Assembly (NCBI GenBank): GCA_021733985.1
Contig: JAIPJT010000010.1
Span: 3,115-67,114 of the forward strand
Reading direction: 5' to 3'
Source: Victivallales bacterium
GTDB taxonomy: Bacteria; Verrucomicrobiota; Lentisphaeria; Victivallales; GWF2-38-69
DNA length: 64,000 nucleotides
In this document: positions 57,305 through 64,000 of the stretch, piece by piece
Layout: each line of letters begins with the position of its first letter
How positions within the stretch are numbered: the first letter of the stretch is position 1
Notes under the pieces: model-generated
Databases searched by the model: none
Told to the model about the DNA's origin: nothing
What the model saw: the letters and a program-made list of their open reading frames with translations, nothing else
Made by a program: the position numbers and the translations under genes

Positions 57305-59119
57305 ATGGTAAAAAGACTCAAATTATTTATTTTAATTGTGGCGTTCCTTATATTCGGAGCAAACAATAAAACTCTGCTGGGAGCAGAATACTCTAAAAAC
57401 AACCAAACTCAGCTTAAAACAAACGCATCCGATGAAATTACAGCTAACAGAAAAAGATTTTTAAAATTTAAAAAAATGCTGCTGAAATCTATACCGCCTG
57501 AGGAGAGGACCCAAATGCAGCAGGAACTAACCAGCTTATCTAATAATAAAGAGTTTTTAGAAAAACTATCCCCTGAAATTATGAGGCACATAAAAAATGA
57601 AGTGGACAATTATAACAGTGGAATAAAAAATGCTGATTCCCGAAAGCACACAAACAATACCAGTAATGCTTTAAAAACCAATAATGCTGAAAAGTTAAAA
57701 ACAAATGTAAAAAAAGACAGAAACAAAAGAAACATTTCTTTTGACTTCCCCAAGGTCGAATTAGAGGAGTTCGCAAGATTTGTTGCAGAATTGAATAAGA
57801 AAATTCTAATAGGAGCAAATCTGCTTCAGGGAAAAATAACTTTGGAAACTCCTGAAAAGATTTCATTAAATGAATTAATGGAGATTTTTGAAGCAATTTT
57901 AAACGGTAACGGCCTCTCATATATGGTTTCTGAAGATTACATGCAAATTTTTCAGAAGTCGAATTCTGAGGCCAGAGTATATAAAATTAATTATTTAAAA
58001 GCGTCCGATGTTGCAAAAACTCTTTCGGAAATATTTAGAATGAGCTTTAGGGTTGGCGGTGTTCCTGAAAAAGTTATGATAAGTTCACTCGATCAGGCAA
58101 ACAGCCTGTTAATACTTGCTCCAAAAGAAAAACATGCAGAAATAGCACAGGCTATAAAAGAAATAGACTTCAGAAGACGACAGGTCCTTATGGAGGTCAG
58201 AGTAATTGAACTTACACATAATAATGAATTTGGTTTTGGTGGTACATTTGCCATGAAATACAAAGCCACTTCCGGCGGTATGGCACCTGATGCATCGAGT
58301 TTTTCAGGTAAAGCCAATGGTTATGCCCCGCCTTTGGGCAGTTCCCAGCCCTATTCCGGTGTTTTATACAATAATGGACAATTTATGTATGACCTTGAAG
58401 CAGATCAAAATATTTCTCATCTGAAAATCCTTTCACAGCCAAAGATTCTTACTTCGGAAAACCAGAAAGCTCATATTAAAGTAGGCAAGCAACAACCTGT
58501 TGTTAATGCAGAAACAGCTATTGGAACATCACAAAATGATAAACCTATAGAAAAAACTACAGTTGACTGGAAAGATATTGGTGTCGACCTAAAAATTACA
58601 CCGAGAATTAATTCTGTCCGTGATGTAACGCTTGACCTTGAGATGAAAATAACTTCTATTATCAGAACAACTACTGTCGGTAGCTGGACGGATTATCCAG
58701 TTATAGGACAAAGAATAACCAAAAACAGCTCAACAGTTAGAGACAACGAAATGCTTTTTATTGGGGGTATTCTTAAAGATAGAAAAGTTACAACAAAATC
58801 TTCAGTCCCGTTTTTTGGGGATATGCCATATATCGGCTGGATGTTTGCCACGACTAAAGAAACTACTGAACAGACTGAGTTGATCATTATAATTATTCCA
58901 CGGGTTATCGAAACACCTTCAGACGGTACTTTTGTAACTGAAAATATTAAAGAAGATTTTTTAAATTATGATAAAGGCAACAAAAAAGATCTTGAAACTA
59001 TGATAGAGGGTAAACGCGGCAAATTCATGGATATTTTTAACCTCTATAACTATTTTAATGACAGTGAATACAGAAAAGAGCAGCCAGTTGTTCCTCAGCA
59101 GTGGAGTGAGCATAACTAA
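57305..59119 (+). CDS. gspD: Type II secretion secretin GspD
   Basis: Start at ATG with ggag RBS. Signal peptide MVKRLKLFILIVAFLIFG. N0-like domain ISFDFPKVELEEFARFVA. Secretin core ...LSQPKILTSENQKAHIKVG...VPFFGDMPYIGWMF. Confidence 0.88.
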   Translation: MVKRLKLFILIVAFLIFGANNKTLLGAEYSKNNQTQLKTNASDEITANRKRFLKFKKMLLKSIPPEERTQMQQELTSLSNNKEFLEKLSPEIMRHIKNEVDNYNSGIKNADSRKHTNNTSNALKTNNAEKLKTNVKKDRNKRNISFDFPKVELEEFARFVAELNKKILIGANLLQGKITLETPEKISLNELMEIFEAILNGNGLSYMVSEDYMQIFQKSNSEARVYKINYLKASDVAKTLSEIFRMSFRVGGVPEKVMISSLDQANSLLILAPKEKHAEIAQAIKEIDFRRRQVLMEVRVIELTHNNEFGFGGTFAMKYKATSGGMAPDASSFSGKANGYAPPLGSSQPYSGVLYNNGQFMYDLEADQNISHLKILSQPKILTSENQKAHIKVGKQQPVVNAETAIGTSQNDKPIEKTTVDWKDIGVDLKITPRINSVRDVTLDLEMKITSIIRTTTVGSWTDYPVIGQRITKNSSTVRDNEMLFIGGILKDRKVTTKSSVPFFGDMPYIGWMFATTKETTEQTELIIIIIPRVIETPSDGTFVTENIKEDFLNYDKGNKKDLETMIEGKRGKFMDIFNLYNYFNDSEYRKEQPVVPQQWSEHN

Positions 59120-59226
59120 TTTATTGGAGTGCAAACGACAAGATTTATATATACACGCGTTAACGATTGAGATTTTACAAAAAACTCAAAAATCAATCGT
59201 ATTGACTACTTATGTTTCTATTTTAT

Positions 59227-59829
59227 ATGAATAAATATCTATCCCTGAAAAAAAAATATAAAAAAAGTCTCCGTAACACCGGCGGCTTTACATTTCTGGA
59301 GCTAATGATAGTCATTATTATAATATCAGTAATGGCTGCCGTTTCAGCCCCTAAGTTTACTGAATTTTACAGTAGTTTGAAACTTCGAAATAACGCCCGC
59401 CGACTTAAACTTTTTTTTCTTTATGCCAGAAATACTGCACTTGTTAAAAAAAGAAATTGCCGAATTTATTATATTGCAAAAGAGAAAAGCTTTTTAATAA
59501 AACAGAAAAGAAAAAAAAATATATCCAAAGGTGACAATAATTATAATTCGGATGATAATATTATTGATAAATATCAAACTATTGGCGGTGTATTAAGAAA
59601 AATTACTCTTAACAAGGGGGTAAGACTTATAAGTGCACAGGAAATAGGTGCACTGCCTGTGCCTCGGAATACTGATTTCAATTTTGATATAAAACCTTAC
59701 GGTATTGATAATGCATATATGTTTACAATAGCCAATAATTATGAAGATAAAATAAAAATTGTAATCATGGCCGGAAGCGGAAATCCTAAAATATTTAATG
59801 AAAACTCTGAAAGTTATTACGGGGAATAA
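59227..59829 (+). CDS. Minor pseudopilin GspH/FimT-like
   Basis: NTGGFTFLELMIVIIIISVMAA (canonical G/F cleavage site) followed by an ARRLKLFFLYARNTA GspH-like helix. Confidence 0.6.
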   Translation: MNKYLSLKKKYKKSLRNTGGFTFLELMIVIIIISVMAAVSAPKFTEFYSSLKLRNNARRLKLFFLYARNTALVKKRNCRIYYIAKEKSFLIKQKRKKNISKGDNNYNSDDNIIDKYQTIGGVLRKITLNKGVRLISAQEIGALPVPRNTDFNFDIKPYGIDNAYMFTIANNYEDKIKIVIMAGSGNPKIFNENSESYYGE

Positions 59830-59834
59830 AAATA

Positions 59835-60317
59835 ATGGAACTGAAGAAATGCTCATATTTTACTCTTCTTGAGCTGCTGGTTGCAATGACTGTAATTGCT
59901 ATCTGTTTTACTGTTATTTTGAATGCGGTCGCTCTGAATATAAAAAATACTGCTATTGCAGAAGGATATACGACTGCAGGTTTTCTCGCTAAAGTAAAAA
60001 TGGCAAAGTTAATGAATAAAAATAAATTTGAAGTAGGTGAAAAAAAGGGTAATTTTGGTGATGATTATCCTGAATACAGATGGAATATTAAAATTAAAAA
60101 CTTTAATGACAAACAGTCTGCAGCTTCAGAATTCTTTGACATTTCAAGTTTAGAAGACTACAGTACTAATAATATTGCTAATGATAAAAATAAAGAAAAA
60201 CTTAAGAGCATCTTATTAACTGTCAGCTTTATAAAAGCTAACCAAAAAAGAAGTATAAAAATAAAAACACTGGTAACAGAGAATACTAAAAAAAAGAAGG
60301 AGAATAAACTTAAATAA
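59835..60317 (+). CDS. Minor pseudopilin GspI-like
   Basis: KKCSYFTLLELLVAMTVIAICF prepilin-type N-terminus, 160 aa. Confidence 0.55.
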   Translation: MELKKCSYFTLLELLVAMTVIAICFTVILNAVALNIKNTAIAEGYTTAGFLAKVKMAKLMNKNKFEVGEKKGNFGDDYPEYRWNIKIKNFNDKQSAASEFFDISSLEDYSTNNIANDKNKEKLKSILLTVSFIKANQKRSIKIKTLVTENTKKKKENKLK

Positions 60318-60391
60318 AAATATCTTTTTTTTTAAATTTAATTTGCTAAGTCTCAAAAAGCTGGTAACTTATTAATTCTCATTTTCACAAT

Positions 60392-60570
<179 letters not shown>

Positions 60571-60712
60571 AGCATAAATACGGAAAATAAAATTCACATC
60601 TCAAAGTCTTCCTGTTCAACTTATTCAATATGAAGCATAGTTACTAAAATCTGATGCTCAAAGAAGAGAAAAATTCCTCAAAACTACTAAAGCTAAAATA
60701 AGGGCATTTGTC

Positions 60713-61597
60713 CTACACTGACATCTGTCCTTGTTCCTCTATCATATAATTAATATCTTTTTGAATATTTGATTCATTTTGAACTTCATATTTTTCGATA
60801 CTGTCAATAACGTATCCTCTTTCTTTATATTGTTCAATAATATTGAAGTATTCTTTTGTAAGCCTTGATGATTTTCCAATAGCATAGGCGGTTTCTTCTA
60901 TAGAGAACTTTTTCTTTCTGCATAGCAAAACCTGCTTAAAAGTTGAAATATACCTCTGTATAGCCTGAAGAGAATGATAAGTTTCTCTGCTTACCTGCTG
61001 AACAGTTTTCTTTTCTATAAAAAGTTTTTCTATTATTATCTTCTTATGAGTAAGGCTTGGCCCGATATCATGTATTGTGCCTCTTCTTGGAATTACTTCA
61101 CTATTTTCTTTTTCCCATTCCTTTATATATTTACTTACAGTAGTTGGAGATATTTTTAACAGTACGGCTGTTTCGGCATTAGTAAGGCATCCATCCTGAT
61201 TGTAGGCCTGTTTATGCAGCCTTGCTACGGCTTCTTTTTTCATATCTCTAAGTTTTTTTTTTCCGTTTGCCCTGTCAAGAGGATCACACTCCTGAACAAG
61301 CTCAAGCACAACATTAGTGAGTTTAGTTTTCTTTATAGACTTACCATAAGAGACTTTTTCATCTTTATGAACAGTTGTCCATGGTATCTGTCCCTGACGC
61401 ATATAATCTGCCTTAGGAAAAAACTTCAAAACCATATTATAAATGCTTTTAACCAGAACCTGTCTTGTCCTGAATCCGCCCAACTGTGGGCACTCTTCAT
61501 ATAGAAACGCTTCCAGCGCACCGGGAAATGTCTTATAATACTGAGGAGTATAAACAGCCTGATTAGATGAAACTTTTTTATTCATTGCATCCTCCAT
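60713..61597 (-). CDS. HTH-domain protein, paralog A (DUF1670-like by my recollection)
   Basis: 294 aa. LTNAETAVLLKISPTTVSKYIKEW, RRGTIHDIGPSLTHKKII, second HTH-like EETAYAIGKSSRLTKEY. The internal ATG at 61585 would give an ATGA overlap with the paralog B stop. Confidence 0.6.
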   Translation of the reverse strand: MEDAMNKKVSSNQAVYTPQYYKTFPGALEAFLYEECPQLGGFRTRQVLVKSIYNMVLKFFPKADYMRQGQIPWTTVHKDEKVSYGKSIKKTKLTNVVLELVQECDPLDRANGKKKLRDMKKEAVARLHKQAYNQDGCLTNAETAVLLKISPTTVSKYIKEWEKENSEVIPRRGTIHDIGPSLTHKKIIIEKLFIEKKTVQQVSRETYHSLQAIQRYISTFKQVLLCRKKKFSIEETAYAIGKSSRLTKEYFNIIEQYKERGYVIDSIEKYEVQNESNIQKDINYMIEEQGQMSV

Positions 61598-62463
61598 TCT
61601 TTTTTGGTAGAGGAGTTCAACTGTTGTGTTCTTTTTTTTTCATCCTGAGCCTTATAAAAGTCACATCCGGTACTTTCTATTTCTTCAAGCCTCATTTGAA
61701 AGAGTTTGCTATTTTTGTATTTATTATATAAACCTGAAAATACACTTACTGCTTTAACTGATATTCCAACAGTCAGGGCAATCTCAAAATCGTTAAAGCT
61801 CTTCCGCCTCAGATAAACAACCCTCTTAAATTTCTCAAGGTAGTTCTCTACTGATCTTATATGATGATTGATATGTGTTTTTATCTCAGCAGGCTCTTTA
61901 CCTTCAAGCCATAAACGAACTGCAATTTCTCTGTGTGTTACTCCAGGACCGATATCTTTTATTGTTCCTCGTGTAGGAACTACAATACCCTTTTCCTTTA
62001 ATGCATGAATATCACGTCTAACAGTTCTGACATCACACATGAGAAGTTCTGATAGATCCTCCTGGGTTAAAAGCCCTCCCTGATCTTTCGCTTCAGATGA
62101 TATGCGCATCATACGGCGACGACGGATTTCTGTGCTGCGTCCTTCATTAGAGCAGGAAGAAAGGTCCTGGCTGTCTGTAATATCAAAAAGTGTTAATAAA
62201 ACTGTTGTAATTTCACAATCTTTAAGTTCTTTGCCAGGGCCTTCATTTACCGATATACAGTTCTTTTTAACCTGTCCTTCCGATATTTCCCGTAATCCCG
62301 TACTATTGAAATATACTTCCTCTATCATCTCTACAAGGACTTCTGCTTCCCAGGGGCTCAAACCTGTACCGTTAACTGCAAGATTCTTCATCCTGCTGCT
62401 AAAATTCTTGATTGATAATCTGCGTTCTTGATTCTCATAACTGCTGGTATTACATTTAATCAT
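61582..62463 (-). CDS. HTH-domain protein, paralog B (DUF1670-like by my recollection)
   Basis: 293 aa. LTQEDLSELLMCDVRTVRRDIHAL, TRGTIKDIGPGVTHREIA, FEIALTVGISVKAVSVF. Collinear with paralog A over the full length. Confidence 0.6.
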   Translation of the reverse strand: MIKCNTSSYENQERRLSIKNFSSRMKNLAVNGTGLSPWEAEVLVEMIEEVYFNSTGLREISEGQVKKNCISVNEGPGKELKDCEITTVLLTLFDITDSQDLSSCSNEGRSTEIRRRRMMRISSEAKDQGGLLTQEDLSELLMCDVRTVRRDIHALKEKGIVVPTRGTIKDIGPGVTHREIAVRLWLEGKEPAEIKTHINHHIRSVENYLEKFKRVVYLRRKSFNDFEIALTVGISVKAVSVFSGLYNKYKNSKLFQMRLEEIESTGCDFYKAQDEKKRTQQLNSSTKKEWRMQ

Positions 62464-62681
62464 TGGTGTACCTCTTTTTTTTTGTTTTTCTAATATATCT
62501 ATATAATAGATAATTGAGGTATGCCAGTATTAAATGCCCTTAATATTTACGATTATAGGACACATGTCCGAATCGTAAATAATGATGCAGAAGAAAATAA
62601 GAGATTTTTTAAAACTTATCGACCAATGAACATATGAGGTTCGCCATGGCATTCGACATGGCGCCATATCGCATGATATGG

Positions 62682-62803
62682 CGAATCCTCTCGCCCCGAC
62701 CATTTTATTTAGACTAATATTATGCATTACGTTTACACTCTTCAGCTTAATAACAATCAGCTATATACAGGGTATTCATGTAATTTAAAACGGCCTATAC
62801 GAG
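62682..62803 (+). repeat. 122-bp perfect direct repeat, copy 2 (ectopic fragment)
   Basis: Identical to 60449-60570. The left flank is a palindrome-rich tRNA-like remnant. The right flank is the transposase-bearing sequence. Confidence 0.95.
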
Positions 62804-62808
62804 CCTGA
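62722..62808 (+). pseudogene. Truncated duplicate of the GIY-YIG 5' end (27 native codons)
   Basis: MHYVYTLQLNNNQLYTGYSCNLKRPIR, then A-stop where the repeat ends. Confidence 0.75.
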
Positions 62809-64000
62809 ATTCCCGAGAATTGTAACTATGCTAAATCTGAATTCCGAAAATTTTCATTATACGCCTCTGCTTTGGAGTAGTTTCAGTATAGACCTCTCCA
62901 TAACGGTTTGAGTATTTAATTTTAACTAAAGTTTCCATTTCCTCCATGATATCTCTTACTGTCAAAAACTTTAATTTATCATCAGGCTGTATTTTTGACC
63001 TTATCATACTGAAGTAAATCAGAGCAATGAACTGAAGGAAAACTCTACCATCCATTGCCGCGGCACTATGTACCCGTATGCGTTTCATATCCAGATGGTT
63101 CTTTAAATCATCAAAACAGTTTTCCACGGTATCTTTGTTACGATATACAGACAGTGCTTCAGCCGCATCTTTTATTTTATTTGACATAATACAGAAGAAC
63201 CCACTGTATCTTTTTCTCCGCTTTTGTATTTCACGATCATTAAATTCTACTTTTCTCCCCCTTTTGGGTGTTTCTTTTACAATTAAATATCTATCATATA
63301 ACTCTTCATGTCTTTCTACAGTATTTCCTGTAAGTAACTCTTCTCTGCATTTTAAAAGTTCACGTGTAAAACGGTCATATTCTTCTGCCGCACGTTCTGC
63401 ATTATAAAAAATATGAAGCCAGGAGCGATGTTTATTGTTACCCCATTTATAAAATTTGCTGACAGCATAAAGGGCTTCATCCTCCCCTGTGACAATATAG
63501 TTTGCCGGAGAGGTGATATTTTCGTATTCATTATCCAGGATGTTCTCAATCCATTTTCGTCCTGCAGGAATGGCTGTTGTAAATTTATGATGACGCCTGA
63601 ACAGTTCATCTAAGTTTGAAACGCTGTAAAAACCTCTGTCAAGTACAAAATGCAGCTTTCCCGCTCCAAGGTAATCAAGTGATTTTGCTGTTGTTTTAAG
63701 AGTCGAAACATCGCTGATGTTTCCCGGTAAACGGCGATAGTGTGCAGGCAGCCGGCTTTTCTGACCAAACAGCATGGCTATATTAATTTGTTCAAGTGAT
63801 TCCCCGTCACGGTTATAGCCAAAGTGAGTATACTCATTGCTGCGTGCATATGAAGATACCGAAGTAATATCATAGCAAAGCCAGTCATTTTCCTGAACAT
63901 GTGAAAGCCATAAAGAGAGAAATCTCTGTCTGCAGTCTACTGTTAATCTTAAAAGCAGTTCACTTATACGCTGAGATGGTATTATTTCTTCAAATGGATG
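62804..64000 (-). mobile_element. Partial insertion sequence (IS1634/IS4-like); one terminus presumed between 62804 and 62830
   Basis: Transposase ORF as above. The 122-bp repeat identity stops at 62803, 27 nt beyond the transposase stop. Terminal inverted repeats not identifiable because the other end is off-window. Confidence 0.6.
62831..64000 (-). CDS. IS1634/IS4-like DDE transposase, 5' end outside the window
   Basis: The frame stays open upstream of the track Met to 64000: HPFEEIIPSQRISELL...NDWLCYDITSVSSY...GYNRDGESLEQINIAMLFGQK. DDE landmarks are YDITS, VLDRGFYS and YRNKDTVENCFDDLKNHLDMKRIRVHS. Confidence 0.8.
   Translation of the reverse strand, partial: HPFEEIIPSQRISELLLRLTVDCRQRFLSLWLSHVQENDWLCYDITSVSSYARSNEYTHFGYNRDGESLEQINIAMLFGQKSRLPAHYRRLPGNISDVSTLKTTAKSLDYLGAGKLHFVLDRGFYSVSNLDELFRRHHKFTTAIPAGRKWIENILDNEYENITSPANYIVTGEDEALYAVSKFYKWGNNKHRSWLHIFYNAERAAEEYDRFTRELLKCREELLTGNTVERHEELYDRYLIVKETPKRGRKVEFNDREIQKRRKRYSGFFCIMSNKIKDAAEALSVYRNKDTVENCFDDLKNHLDMKRIRVHSAAAMDGRVFLQFIALIYFSMIRSKIQPDDKLKFLTVRDIMEEMETLVKIKYSNRYGEVYTETTPKQRRIMKIFGIQI

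Noticed and set aside
62804-62822. Similarity between cctgaattcccgagaattg at the IS junction and the MITE right TIR ccttaattcaatgacattg (12 of 19)
   Set aside because: The match is weak. The polarity is also wrong: in the MITE, cctt... is the inner end of the TIR, while here it would be the outermost end. I do not claim the IS is the MITE's autonomous parent.

Overview
AT-rich window (roughly one-third G+C by eye) from a diderm bacterium, judged by a secretin and LPS-heptose genes. Taxonomy cannot be assigned from sequence alone. I support about 50 protein genes. Most are housekeeping: argH, pgsA, rimO, tdk, nnr, cls, a dGTPase-like gene, ptsP, dapA, gap-pgk, metG, hom, asd, eno, hisF, udk. 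Envelope genes are also present: mannose-1-P guanylyltransferase, heptose-7-P kinase, gmhB, and an OlsB/PlsC-like aminolipid pair. There is a BCCT transporter, a non-Pyl MttB-family methyltransferase, and three tRNAs: Leu-CAA, Arg-CCG and Pro-UGG. A 10-gene type II secretion (T2SS) cluster spans 49184-60317 as two divergent operons. The accessory part lies at the right end. tRNA-Pro is followed by a decayed GIY-YIG gene. A perfect 122-bp direct repeat starts in the tRNA T-loop and brackets 2.1 kb carrying two paralogous HTH genes and no recognisable recombinase. The second repeat copy sits in a decayed tRNA-like context and abuts a partial IS1634/IS4-like transposase that runs off the window. 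Many intergenic regions carry short dispersed repeats; I define families A-G, and several spacers contain none that I recognised. One of these is a clean 186-bp MITE-like insertion with 19-bp terminal inverted repeats and a 10-bp target-site duplication. I found no rRNA and no CRISPR array. All calls rest on reading the ORF translations and the raw sequence; no database search was possible.
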